Source: Iphione sp. A-MEVVRFRX5 (Eukaryota). From it: a stretch of 64,000 nt of DNA. The notes under the pieces were generated by a model that saw only the letters and a list, made by a program, of their open reading frames with translations, was not told where the DNA came from and did no database searches. Shown here one piece after another: positions 12,848 to 27,307 of this stretch; within the stretch, counting starts at the first letter, position 1, and each line of letters begins with the position of its first letter. A program made the translations under genes and the position numbers. Location: NCBI GenBank assembly GCA_976226885.1, contig OZ320314.1:94674001-94738000 (forward strand), given 5' to 3'.

Positions 12848-15800
12848 CATCCACCGTCGTATCGCCATCATCGTCCACCCTACCCTCCCCACCGTCCCGC
12901 CTCCTTCCCCGAATGATGGTCTGTAATTACTCCGTGGGAAGGTGATTTATTCCCGCGGAAGGCCCACGGGTAGAGGTCTGGATCGTTCCACCCACCCTCG
13001 CCTCTGGTCCTTCGCAGACGTCTGGCTACACCCCTCTACCCCAGATCGCTCCCCTTTGTCGGCGCGCCAGAGATACGAACTCCGCACGCGAGGCTTAGTT
13101 CGCGCCCAAAGCACGAGGGGGCGCGACGGCGCTCCGCATCAAACAGATCCGCACCGTATGTCCCGCCATGCGTCAGGTCTGACCGTCAGTCAACCTTGAA
13201 CGAAGCGAACTGCATCGAATGGTCAGGTTTCACCGTTTTTAGATTACGATTGAGCGACATTTCTATTGCTTTTTCAAAGTTTACACCCACCGTCCCACCT
13301 CATATATCTATGACCTAACAGCCTCTTGCCACTGACAGATGCTAACTGGTCAGTGCTCGCTCAGTTTTTCATCTCTAGATGTCAGTGTTGCTGTTATGGT
13401 AATAAAGATACCTCCCTAAGACACTATGGACTGCTTGGGGTTTGATTGTCATATAAGGTAAATCGGATAACAAACTACATGTTATATGATGGCCCCTGGG
13501 CTGTTTGTGACGACTTTTAAGAAAAGACAGCGTCCCCAGTCAAGTATCTGCTTCGTAATGACATATCTGTATGACACTAGTGGTGAATTAATTCAGATAG
13601 ATGCGTTTATGGACCTCTCCCGACATAGGTTAAAGTCGTCCCTGTCTCTCTTAAAATAGACACAGCGTTTGGTCGTTTATATGAATAAGCTCGATGCTTA
13701 CAGGGGCCTTTACTGGTCAGGCACACATTATACAGACACTAATCTAATTCGCTGTAATCTAAATTTGATTGTCACACCTCTGAACACAAAAAGTAACATA
13801 GAGGAACATATGACGCTGCATTTAGACTTTTTGAAACAAGGTATACACACAAAACTATGGGTTCTGTCCCTCTTCCCTAAGAGGTAATTCTAGAATTACC
13901 TCATGATAGAGACGCCCCACCTTGTTGGTATGCATAGCCTTGGGTGTGTCTCGTCCCAGGGTATATGATTAGTGCTTTGGATGACCCTTGTAGCCTTGGT
14001 TCAACAAAAGTCGTCAGGAGCTGACCAGTGGTCACGGAGAGAAGGGCTGCAACTACCTGCTAACAAAAACCCTGTCAGCCAATACACACAGAGGTAGACA
14101 CACACAGCCGCACTCATCAGACGTGGTTAAAGGCCACTGTGAACCACAATGCGTGTCAGGACTGCTTAATACCTACACATAAACTACCATAAATTCACGG
14201 AATGACGGTCAGCCTCCAAGTACTACGGGCACTTTTTAAGGGAATAGAGAATGTTGGCCAATGAAAGAGGAGTGGCAATGCTTAAACTCGGTCACTGAGT
14301 TTGTGTCCATAGAACCTCTATCAGGACTGGCATATTTAGACGATACTACTGTCTACAGTGTGAATATTTCAAAAAGTGGTGTAGTCCAAAAAAAGGCCCA
14401 ACTAGACTTATAACGATGCTCAGAATAATTATAATACCTATATGGGAACATCTATTATGCTTCTCTGCTTGTAAATAAGGTCATGAGGACGGGTGTGTTT
14501 GTTTTGAAAACGGGGGGAAAAGGACTTAAACTGATCAAAAAAATCCGTTAGGTATTCCATGCCGGAAACTGAGGGAAAAACAAGGTTAGAATTCTAAGAA
14601 TTTCTTAACCTTGGCTCGTTGTATTCAACCTTGCTCTGTATATTCTCCGGGTCTTATTGGCCTCATCAACCCAGTACTCTCCTGTGGCTCTTTCTGGGAT
14701 GGCAGTCCGTATTGCTCCTTGTGTGTGGCCGTCTGAGACGCCATTATCAAGTTTTCTAAGGCCCCTAGGGGGCACTGCTGCTTCTTTTTTCATATGTGGT
14801 CCCGCCCACGTGAAGACCCTTCGAGTGCAACTAAGTATACAGGGACGGGTCTTGAATAATTCCAGCAATTTGTCGACCGTTTCCATACGAGCACCCATCC
14901 TGATGGAATTAAGATTCACTATCTCAATTTATCTCAGTTGATTGTTTATGTTCATGAGCATGACACATGCAAAGCATAATATGTAGTCATATTTGGAGGT
15001 AAAAGGACAGAGAGACCCCAAGACTTCCCATGAAGGAAATAAACGGATGGAAAAAATAACCAGTATAAACATTAATACCAGGAAGAACGCTATACTTACT
15101 CATTTTACAGATAAAATCTCAAGGGCTGTTACATTCTCAACGCTGTTACATTATCGAATCAGAAACATTATGAAAGCTTCTTGCGAATTAAAAAAAATAG
15201 TCTAACAAGAAAACCACATATGATACTCTATCCAGGGTAGTATCGAAGGGGTTCAAAAGATGCAGCATAATGTCCTCCTTTACAGAGCATGTGCAGTGTA
15301 TACCGAAGACACTCAGGCCCGTGTAACATGCATGCCTATACATGTACATGCAGAGGTGTGTAAAGCTTGCACCTGTCGAACAGTAAGAGCAGTGGCCGTG
15401 TTGTTGCATGCACTGTAGCAGTTTTTTTTTGTCAAAGGGACGACAACAGCTTGCGTAAGCAAACTTGGAAAATTCCATTTCTAACAAGCAGCCCGTAAGA
15501 ATTTGTACATCGGTATACTGATGATAGTCTGGATCTATAGATGTACACACCCTCACTGACAACTGTGTTTATCCACCACGATGCCCAGCAGAAAAAAATT
15601 GGTGGGTTTTAGTAGCGGATAAAGAGATGTCAAGGACAGACAGAACACGCCCAACCATATGTCCAGTTTTTCACCCTCTTTGTCTCGCACATTTGCGTTC
15701 CGCCCGTGATAAAGCAACTGGATACCCACGCATGCAGGTATATCACTGAAAGTGAAAAAAACGGAGATGCGTCTAACACCTTTCTGGCAGATTCTTGTTA

Positions 15801-16559
15801 TAGAATTTTTTTAAATGCTCCAGTAATTATGCGAATATCTGTCACCAACAGTGTACCAGTATCAGCATATGTGAAGTCCTACGGATGAAAACATGCAACC
15901 ATTAATGATGACATTGTTTTCTATGAAATAAAGTTGCATTACATGGACTGAAGGGAACAAGTGATGTGCATACATTTATATACGTAGTGATTTCTTGGTA
16001 AAGGGAACCGCGAACGAACGCAGGATGTCACAACACGTCACGACCAATTAAATGAGCTGAGCAAAATTTTAATCAATAGGTAGGACATTCACCGTCTTCC
16101 GGTACGATTTACAACAGATTGTTCCTTCAGGAAGGAAGATGCAGCGCACGTAGATGGACTCTCCCCCCAATATATGCTTATGTTCCTGACCACTTAGGAC
16201 GGGTTGCAGTGCATGTATATATTTTGATTATACACTATGCTTCAGCGATGTCATTGTACTTCAAAACCCTGGGTACTATTGATAATACATACTGTATAAG
16301 TATTTGGACCTCCCGAATCCCATGATCCATTATGCAGTTTCAAGACGGTTACGCTGGGATATGGGCCAAGGAAAGAATTATTGTTGAATATGGTACATTA
16401 GGCGCGTTATTATATTTGCCTTTTAGTAGAGATATATGAAGCGTGGTCTGCGACCAAGTGGCTGATGCCCCGGCCTTTTCAACGGGCAAGGCGGATTGGA
16501 TTGTCAACGTCTTATTTGGTGCGTGCTCTTTCCGCTAGGTTTGTGATACAGCGCACTAT

Positions 16560-16578
16560 TGACCACCAGGTGGTGTAG
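16560..16578 (+). promoter_or_regulatory. CTCF-like motif
   Basis: TGACCACCAGGTGGTGTAG versus the CTCF consensus TGGCCACCAG(G/A)(G/T)GGCGCTA. Motif match only. Confidence 0.45.
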
Positions 16579-19500
16579 CAGTGCACAGGCTTTACACCCG
16601 AGGGCGCCACAGGCCAGGGCATAGATGCTAGTCACATGGAGAATTTCCTGTACAAATTTACCTGCTAAATCCAACAAGGCACGCGATCGTATCGTGTTAC
16701 TGTGATGAAATATCGCAGAAAGCCAACGAGTTAAACAGACCATAAATGTACTGGCATGTCTTGATAAAAATGTCATGGCTGAATTATTGACGGCTTGAGC
16801 TAGCGGGGAAAAAACCGCCGAACGCACGTTCGTCATGTATTACACTCAGTTGCTACTACTTCCACAACCTAGAGTGTACTAAATGGAAGATCATATTGTA
16901 TCCATTAAGAAGTGAATAAACCATTCTCATTCTCATTTTAACCAAGTCAAACCGCTCTCTTTGTTTATCACCATATTCCTGTTGCAAGTAAAGGTCTCGT
17001 GTTACAACGAGGTTACGTGCACTCCAGATATATAAATAACGTCTGGTATGGTTCAGTCAAAGGTTGGCTGAGTATTTGCAGTGGAAGTTAATGCTTGCCA
17101 AAAATACATAAAGGACGTTGAGAGCTCGAAGGCAGCCTTAAAGAATGAATTGGAATGTGTCATGTCTCTGCGAAATCAAACATCCTTCCCCCAAATATCA
17201 ATTTCCATGGTGCACGTGTACAATGTCCATGTATTACGTTTCTTTCGTGACTCCGCCAGCATCACTCTCCCAGTTGGCTTGGACCTCCATCAACTTTATA
17301 CGACAGAGAGGAGGAGGGACGTGACAGGGCGATGTGATGTGAGCGCGGGGGAAGGGGATGGTGGGGGGGGGTGTTAGTGGTGGTAGGAGACTGAGTACAC
17401 ATAGGAAGGACCGCAATGGTGTGGTCGCGATGGGACTCACCCATTTGTCTTGTGCACCTGCCGTTAGCCCACCTGACTACTAGATGGGCGGAGGTTTTAT
17501 TCCAGCCCTACATACAAACAGGCCTAACAAACTGAAATCGCTCTACCTCCGTCCTCTTGTCGCATTTCTCTTTATCCACCTAACCCACCGTGTGAAAACC
17601 TCGAATACTTTTAACGGCCAGGGCGATGACTGCATGAACACATCTTACCATGCGGCATACTTTAAAACAATATTGACAAATATTCTTTTGGAAATTGAGG
17701 CTAGATATAATAGACTCGTGACTCGTGGCCTGTATACATATAAATTTGTGTATTTATACATGTCTATGCAGTATGAACCCATCTGTAAATACAAAACCAT
17801 GTAAAAGGCCAGCCCTAGTATAAAGACCTTTAAGAACCAACCATTTACATCAACAGCATTTGTCAATCCCAAACTTGGCCTCATCCGAGGGTCTCTAGAA
17901 TATGTACATTAGGTATGTGATGCTACAGGCAATGTATGCATAGGCTAAAAGAGAACATGTCCTAAGTGCAAGGATTCATCTGCATGCATGGTGCACTATT
18001 TATAATTGTGACCTTGAAATGTTGAATATTTATGGCACACTTTGTGAAACAGAGATCTCACTATCTAACTTTGTTGGGAACAATTATGTGACTTTACCCC
18101 CTTATTACGTAAATAGAAGTAGGGTATGACTGACTGCGTGGGGCTAATGCTAGTCGCTCTTTTTGGTCTTACCTTACGGACAGCTACTTCATTCCGCCTC
18201 AGAAATTCTCACAGAAGATCCCTACGTGGATCCTCATATCATATAGTAGAGGTTCTCCTGCACCTCAGCAAACACTTTAGGCTGAGCTAGTCACAGCTGT
18301 AGACGGTCCTGTGCGCCAGACGACGGTGGAGTTTCAGCTGATATATGCTGATGACGCACTTTCTTAAGGAGCTTAAGTAGAGAGAGGGCACCACCTCTGG
18401 CCAACAGACGTCGGGGGCATGTCTAACGACCTCCTGTCTGCTCTTAACACTGCCCCTCCCCTCCCCCCGACAGCAGAGGCTTTATCTCAACTCCCCCGGC
18501 CAACGACGACAACTCCCCTTAGCCTCCCTTCCCTACTTTCACCTTGCCACCCTGGCCTCAACGCCGGCACGCGTGCGGCTCGTGTCGACGGTGACGGAGG
18601 CAGGGACCGTGGGGCGGGCCTGAGATAAGATGGGCAGGGGGGGGGGGCTGACCGTCTCGGTGGCAGCAGGTGTTGCACGAGTCTGGAGCACCGAGTGGAC
18701 TCTCCTCCTAGCGGGAGGTGAGAGTTCTTTAGATCCTTCGCCTCTCAATATGGGTACACGATTAGGCGTCGGAGAAGGAAGAGAAGGGGTAGGAGGAGTA
18801 GGAGGAGGATCTGAAAGGTGAGGGCAGGTGTGAGGTTTCCCTCGGCGACCGTCAGGGGGCGGTCGGCCGTTATCGGACGTCTTTTCGTGTCACCCTGGAC
18901 ACAATGCAGTGTCCCGCTAGACCACAATGTCCCCTCGTCTTCCCGCTCTGTTATATATGCTCGTCACACCAACATACACATATATAGCCCTGTATTCATC
19001 CTTCTCATTGAATGTCCCATGTTGGCTGCATATTTTCATTCTTTTTTATGGTCTATTCTATCCGCCCCCCTTTTTTTAGAGGAACGCGTGAGGAATCGCC
19101 ATAACAATCGCACGCACCTGCAATTTGTCTCTCCGTGCAAATCGGCCTTGCTAATGAAATGAGGCCAAAAAAAGCGGCAGTCAGTCACACAATCCACACG
19201 TACCACAGACAGGCAGGATAAACCGCAAACTAAAGGACCAAGCATGAAGAGGTGTATTTTGAATTTCTGGCAGGTGAGCAAAGCGCGGAGGTCCATTACC
19301 CGGTACACTGGGAATCTATCTGGTGACGATTCGCCCTGTCTGGATGTGACGCTGTGGTCTGTGTCCCATCGGTGCCATAATGTTCTCACCCTCCCGCTGT
19401 CCATTATAAGCGTGTGGTCAGCCTATGCAAAGAAAGCTAGAACACCTGTCTAGAAACCTGTCTGAATGGGATGGCGGATCCCTTTTAATCCTACATAGGT

Positions 19501-19669
19501 AGAGCATATTATCAAACCAGCATTGTAGATCATAATAGTATTTCTAGAAAAGGTTCTCTATTAATACCCATTATATAGCGCAATTTTTTACCAATACCTA
19601 TCAAGGCAGCCCTGGGATGGGAACAGGAAGTGTGATTTTCCCTGGAGATAGCCAGACTCCTTCGTACCC

Positions 19670-19713
19670 TGGCGCCATGTAGTGGCACGTGCGGCAGTTG
19701 CGCCCCCTCAGGA
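19670..19713 (-). promoter_or_regulatory. Pair of CTCF-like motifs
   Basis: Minus strand GCCACTACATGGCGCCA (19670-19686) and TCCTGAGGGGGCGCA (19699-19713). Confidence 0.35.
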
Positions 19714-22700
19714 GGGCGTCGTAACGGGTTGAGCCACCTGTCGGTTTAATGGGTGCGTCAGGGCGAGAAGATGAATGCCCTCCTAATCGTCAACCCTTTC
19801 AGATATCTTCATAGCAACGGAGCGCCGGTGAGAGGTAAAACACCATGAACCCTCAAGTGTACGCCGCTGGCCGGACCCGACCAAGGCACACAACACGTAT
19901 ACGCACACACAGACATACGCACACGAGTACCCACGTATGGTATGCCACGATTAGCAACAGCAATAGCATCGGAGCAAAGAATAAAACCCCCGAAAGTAGT
20001 CGACCAAATCGAAATAAACCCGCAGATAAGTATCTTTGGTGCAGATGCGGTCCCTTCCCCGTCGAAGATAAAGCGATTAGAGATGAAGACAGCGAAGGGT
20101 TAATCGGAGGGGCAGGCGATGAAGCGTCTTGGAGGAGGTGTCTTATAGGGATAAGGCTGAACTAAATGCCAGAATCTACTATCTGCACCTGTCCCAATCA
20201 GGACCGTATCTGGTCCGCTATGAAAACACCTTGCACCGTCACTCATACCACATCACTGTAAGAAAGTGGAGTGTGTGTGTGGGGGGGGGGGGGGTGCGGG
20301 AGAGTAAAGCTTCTCTTGAAACGCAACCATTTACATAAAGGAACTGTCCTGACCTATCATTATGCATACATGTGGCGAAGTACTGTTCCAAGCAAATCGG
20401 AAGAAACACAATTAGTCTCTCTAAAGATGACAGAGATATTATTTAAGGACCTCGTACAGAATGCCTGGGGAAATGACGTTTCAGCTTCAAGTAGGTTAAA
20501 AAAAAAACCAGACGTACAAGTACATGTACATGCATTCAGGACTGGTTACCCGAGTGGTTTGGAACGTAGGTACTTTCTATCACGCCTATCAGACGTGTGT
20601 GGTTGCATTAACATCCACATTCAACAACTCTACTCTCTACACTCACTTTCCTAATCACGCGTTAATTACAGATCGCGTTTTGAAAGCGCATCATGCCCAT
20701 TATAAACGTGTTGATTTTCACCTGGATAAGATCAATTAGCGTCGAGAACAACTTTTCAACACCTCCGACTTAGTCATATCGACTGTCCACAACTGCTGAT
20801 GTGGCTGGCCCTCTTCTGGCCACACCCACAATGGACAGTTGACAGCCGTAGACGTTCATTTCCCAACAAGCCAGCTCCTCTTACAGCCAGTTCCCTTTTT
20901 CTCCTGATTGTCCATCATTGTGGTCCGGCTTTGATTTTCCTATGTGAAACACGTTTAGCCGATTCGTGCAGGATATCGCTTAAAAATAAAGTTTGGACCT
21001 ATATATTAACCGCAACTGCCAACGGATTCTTTTTAAAAATTTGAGCAAGAACGTAGAGTCCTGCATTTATCTGGTGTCGTTCGTGCCTCTCCTGACAAGA
21101 AATATTCTGGATACACATATCAAGTACATGTACTTGTATAAGAAACTACAGAGAAAAAACGCTTTGATCAATTCTCTGTAGGAAGGCTCGTTAACTAATA
21201 TAGATTAGTATGTACAGTTCCAACTAAACTATATAAGAAAAGTGCTTTGTTCCTAACAACATAATGTGTGATTTATTTACTAGTATATTACATGTGATAT
21301 AGCCATCTGTTATTGGAATTCTCCACAAAGCCATCTGCTATTCTACTCTACCTTCATATTCCTATTTTTCATTTCATCGAGGACAAAATTATAGTTAGGA
21401 TGACTTTCCTATCGTGAAACGTTAGCTTTGAGGACTATAATTCACCCTACCAAGGTCCCCAGCTATGGCCCTGGCGGGGTCCAGTTACTTCAGTGGCTGA
21501 GTGATGGGGCAGGTAGAGGACTTGTCTGGTCACTCTATAGGTGGCCAACATAACCATTAACCTTTAGTCACTTTCTAATACCGTTATCCATCATACTAAT
21601 GAACAGGCCTAAGTTAATTCTCTGTTACACAGGATATCTATTATGTCGGTACTGATTCATTATGAACCGCATCCACAGTTGACGGCAAAACGAGCATTTT
21701 AACCGTTTCAGTCAGATGTCATACGAATCCACTGCACTGGTCGCTAGTGTTAAAAATAATGCGAAGATGAGGACATAACGGTGACAGTTCAGACCAAAAG
21801 ACATCTGGCGTTGAAGGTTACACTCGGGCCAAGGTCACGGGTAGAACAACCGCCCTTGTCCATGACCTTTGCTGGACGTTAGTCGCTGGTCACTGTAGAC
21901 TTGCTGCAACTCGCCAGAAATACATTAACTAAACTGTTTACTTCAAACCAAAGAGCTTTAAAAGATTAAATAAATCGCAGCGTTATGGTGTATTAATAGG
22001 TACATATTCGTGTGGCCTGCATTAATAGAATCTATGCGTACATGTATTTATATTCTTTTGTATTCTGCTTGAGTTCAGTCATTGTAAGGAGGGGGGTATG
22101 ACCTCAACTATAGTGAGTGAAACTGACGGTGCGGCTGACCGGTCTACCTGTCCAGGTGTAACTCAAGCCGGCATCCTGCTCCTATAAATCTGAGGGGGAG
22201 TGATGCTGCGACCACTGACCAAGGCTTTCATGCTGGACGGCCACGAGCGCACACCTAACGGAATCACCGTATAGAGACTACCTTTGATGGGGTAGACACA
22301 AAGATTGCTCAGAGACAGCGAGGCTAATTTAATGGCAAAGGGCTTTGATGGCTTTTGTAGAGAGTCCCAAACACGTGCGGCATTCTAACAGTGCTACCAA
22401 AAAGGAAAATTTAAAACAAGACTACATTTAGATGTTTAGACATGTATATATATATATTTTTTTAAATCTTTATTTCCTCTGGGAAGTTTGTATCGGAATA
22501 CGGAAGTATCCTGGTAATTTTCGCTTTTCTACAAGTTTAACATTTTAAAGATCACTCCTATAAGTGTCAGAATCGTCAGCACAATTAGATATTCTCTGTA
22601 CATAGTATTTTTTATAAACACCTTGACATTTGCCTCATGCAGAAAAAGGTCGAGAGACTCGGTAACTTGTGCAGCGTAAAGCAAGATACAAAATTTCTCA

Positions 22701-25124
22701 GGTACTACTGTTTGCCGAAGATGATTGTGGCCTGTCTGGATTATGTCCATGTAACTGAACGTGCATGTAAAATCTACCGAAAGGGAATTGCAAACAATTT
22801 GAAACTGTTTTGCATCTGCTATTCTGCTTTAAAAGACGAAAATCCCGTTATGTAACCAGAGCCGTGGCCACCTGCCCTGCGGCAGGTAGTTGGCCAGTGG
22901 TCAGCAATTGTTTGGCTGGTCAGCTTTTCTAGGGGTTATCAGCGTGGCATTGGGCACGATCACAGGGGTCATCAGTAAAATATGAGGTCACAGTCTGCTG
23001 GCATGGAAGGGCTGTTAGAACATGATGCTGGACGGTGTTGCATTTCCAGCCGCAAGGCAAGCCAATATTCAAATGAAAATACCGTACTTCTTTTTTTTAA
23101 AAAGGTCTGCAACATTCATTACACCTTATGAATGATGTGCTCTTGATAGCTATGACCGTGGGAAAGGTGCAAGTTCATGACTGATTTAGCAGAGCGGTTT
23201 AGCCTTCTATTCTGTTCATGGACTATCCATATGGCTAAGTATGGGACGTGTGTCTGGGCGTTGTGTCATGATGCAGGTATGACGCTAATCCCTCATACTT
23301 CAGGTAGGACAGAAAGATAATAGAAGATAAGAATAGCTCATTGTTTATCTCCTTTCAACGTCCTTTCCGGCCCAGGACGGAATGCAGTACTGATCAGAGA
23401 CTTAATACTGATTTTATATTGCACCGTCTTATCTGCCTAATAATACCTTGAGGAGGTTAATCGTTAAATTGTCCTATCGGCGGGCATCACGTAAGAGCGA
23501 TAATCTGATCGGGCGATAATGTGTACAGTTCCTCCATCTGCCACCAAAGGAGAGAGTATAGGAGGAAAAGGGAGGAACAACATGCAACTGCCCGGTCAAA
23601 GGGCACGACAATTCACTGATTCCTGATGCGGACACCAGAGAGTGGTGGCTTTTAGGCCTTCGTTTGTCGATAATTACACAATAGAAAATATTGCTCAATG
23701 CAATTGTTCTCTCTGATGTATCTTATGTTTTAAAAGAATGCTTTCATTCATAAGGAGCGAGTGCAATATTTCCAGATGCAAGCTAAATAAGCTAAAAATC
23801 AGGAATGGATTCATGTTGTTAATCTGTTTTCCTGTCTCCATTGACCTTACAATATTCCAACCGTTTTTAGCATGACAAATCTAAAGGAACGTCAGTGGCC
23901 GTGTCCGCCACAAGTTATGTGCTGGGGAGCAATCGATCTCCACTGCTGTGTCTACAAATGCACATGTCCATGGTTGTTGAAACTTGACTTCCATTAAGAC
24001 AGAGGCGGCGGTGTTTTTGAACCCATGCAGCATGACAAAGGATACGCCGTTAGTACCATATAGAGGGGGCGCAACTGTCGGGCCTGTCGGTAACACCCAC
24101 CGTGTCATCAGGCTTCCTAGTTTGTTATAACAAGGACGAGGTATGCACACGTTGCCGTCAAACAGGCATGTTTCCTACCGGGGCCTTTTCCGAGGGAGGA
24201 TGGCAGAACAACGGTGACATGCAGCAGATGACAAGGCATGCAGTCACAGGGAAGCCTGAATAGCGGAGAGGAGTCTCTGTTCCTTTAGAACTTCAATGGG
24301 CACTGGCTTGAGGGAAGCGCGGCTACGTAATGGTAAGCGTCGCCTCTGTGACGTTCTCTATGCCATACATGCACTTGCTTTACCGCTCTTGCCCTTCGAG
24401 TCGAGGTCACCTCACAATGCGGGCGTCTGAAGCAACCGCCCTTCAAGTCGTTTAGTATGACCTTGAAATAACCTTGACTGAGCGGGGACGCCTTGATCAG
24501 TGTAGCATTGCGCCATCCGGGAGACCATTGGGGAGAATGATTACTGTTCGCTATGGACAGATCTAGGGTCCTCTAACAACATACATCACTCTCCACTTTG
24601 CCCATGGACGCAAATAATGTGTCTTGTTAACAAAAAATCACATAAAAAGGACATTACAAAAGACGTCGCCCGACTCTTTATGTCTAGTACACAATGTATA
24701 TGAGTTATGAAAGACAACTCCGCACTTTTTCCAGTCATCTATCATGGATTATTTTGATGTCATAAAATTATGATGAAATGACCAGTATGCTGGGACAGGT
24801 AATCTTTTGTACACTCCTAATTTGATATAATCTTTTTCTACTGACCGTGTTACGTTGACAAACGTCAGTCCTCACCCACCAGGAATGGAAACGCCCGTGT
24901 GCTAAACCGCACCACTAATATGTGCCCAACAAAGGGGGCAACTGACAAATAACTGGCAACAAACGCAAAGATAGGCATCTAGATCCCGCATTACTTACCT
25001 TACTTAAGCTTCACTCCACGGTAAACCATCCCTAATTCTGCATCTGTCGTCAGGGACTTACAACGTGTGCAACGTCTAGTACTAAATTCCTTGATGCGCG
25101 TGCGCTATAATGGAGCAATCTCTG

Positions 25125-25139
25125 CAGCGCCATCTGACG
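25125..25139 (-). promoter_or_regulatory. CTCF-like motif
   Basis: Minus strand CGTCAGATGGCGCTG (AGATGGCGC core variant). Confidence 0.35.
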
Positions 25140-27307
25140 AAGCACATGAACACACACACGATGTCTATGGATAGTCTCTGGTTCCCAAGGCCGGCTGAGT
25201 CGGCCGCCAATTATGAGAAGTAGCGATAATTAGCATACCACGAGCTTCAACCGTCGGAGGCGCGTGCGACAGCTCTGTTGGTCATCCTTACCGCGGGCGA
25301 CTAGGGCTGTTCTTGTCGTCAGCCCAGCATCCACTTTGATCTCCAACACAGGTCGACTAGACACTACCAGAGGCCATTAGAAGTGGCGGCCGCAGGCGTT
25401 CTCAAGGCCCTTTCGTGCAGTTCCTCCCAGTCCCCAGCTACGAATCAAAGCAGCACACCTCCATCCTATGACAGCCTATTGTGTGCTTTGATAACTTTTG
25501 TACATCCTTAAGGAAAGTTCCTATTTAAAGCAGCCAGTCTGTATTCTAATTGGTGTGGGAGCATTACCTATAATTATGATGGGACGGTAAGATGGCCAGG
25601 AACCATATGCGCATACATTTCTGGAGGATGTCCACAGTTCATCAAATTAGAACCATGTCGCTTTGTGCCATTGTAGTATTTCTAATGGGTTCAAGTCTAA
25701 ATAAAGTTCGAAAACAAACTGTTTATACATTTTTTATGTGTCTTCACGATATAAGCCACCCAGACCATTTGTTGTACATTTATATATGGATTCATCCTGT
25801 ATATTCCAACTTAGCTGCTCTTAGTGCTACGAAGAAAGGGTCCTTGGCAAAAACATGACACCAAGATATTCGCGTACCTTTTCGGGACCTGTCGGAGGTG
25901 TTGAGGTTCAAGGGAGGTCGAGGGCCCAACGCGGTGGCTGTGTTTCGAGCGGGAAGGGAATAAGTAAGTGTGAAGATAAGAGGCACAGGCCAGAAACACC
26001 TGTCGTCCTTAGCAGGTCTATAAAGACCTCCAATACTTACCCGAAAGTCGACAGAACTTCTCTGCATACGGAAGCAGGTGCGTTCTTGGAGAGGCGGGTC
26101 CTGGGCTGACTGTGATAATCGTTGCGTTAGTCACATAAATCTAGTTCCTCGAGCACGGACATAGGGGAGGAAGCATGGCAAAGAGTAGTCTCTCTGAGCA
26201 CGACATGTGTTTTGTGCTTCTAACATGATACTCACGAAGGTGTATGTTATGTCTTGTCGAGATGGAAGATGCTCTTTGTTTTGCTATACAAAAAATGAAA
26301 TTTTCGACTCTGATGAATATTCAAACATCAATATGGCCCGGTCTAGAGGGCATGTTTCATCCAGCTTGGAGAGGGAAGATACTTCAGCACAAAAATGGTC
26401 TTTTCTTGGGCCCTTTACTGCCTCAGTGACTTAAGCATAGCAACGCATGGGTGACTAAGACAGATTTTAGGGAAGTGGGTGGAGAATCTTTCCGCATTTT
26501 CCGCCCCCTGTATGTATTGGGTACCGCGATTTCAATGCAGCGTCCTGAAATTGTCAACAAAAGAGGAGCAGCAAGGCAGTATTGTGATCTTGTTCCACCT
26601 CAGCTGTCCGCTTGACTAGCGGACGGTGGACACTATGCTCTGCGTCAAAAGCTCCTTGCACGTCGCTGAACAGTCGCACTCTAGATTCTCTTTATCGTCG
26701 TTGTTTGGGCTTTACCTTAGCGTGAGCGCGGTGAGGATGTGGGAGGGGTATCGTTGAGGTGCTACCTATTGATTACTTGTGTATTCCAAATAGACAGGGG
26801 ATGCTGATATATTTGGGTATTGTTGAGTGCCTATGAGCTGGGGAGGTGGCTCAAAAGCCACACTCACATGGGCCAAAAAGGCCGGTACTTTGAAATCGGA
26901 CTCGCCGGAGAAGATTGGTGGCGGGGAAGCCTTGCCAGGTAATTGGTATTGGGTGGGTGCGCTTTGATTAGACTGCCCTGTAATGTGGTCCACGCGCCCG
27001 TCGCTCCACCCCTACCTTTTTGGCCTTTCTTTGTAAGGACCCAAGAGGTGTCATTGTGTCGACCTAATTACATTAATTGGAGGTTAACAATTAGACCTAT
27101 GGTGCAGTTCTCAGCCGTGTGATTCGAGTTAATCAATTCAGGAATAGCGACGAACACCGGCGAGCGTGAGCGAGCAAGCGAGCTGACCTGGCCGTATCAA
27201 AGTGCGGCGTTGCGCCCCCGAAATGGGGGCGTTCGAGCGTGCGCCTGCAGGTGTTAACACTATTGGTCGGTACAGGTGCGCTTTGAACTTCTATAGAAGG
27301 GTATATA

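Noticed and set aside
13515-13600. Mirror exon after CTTTTCTGTCGCAG (complement)
   Set aside because: All three frames hit stops within about 20 codons, and the downstream text looks normal as given.
14775-14886. MADF/Myb-SANT-like start (METVDKLLELFKTRPC...KKEAA, minus strand)
   Set aside because: The conserved W/Y-D...Y residues are missing, and mirroring the middle segment introduced stops. Likely coincidental; a Pfam MADF search would settle it.
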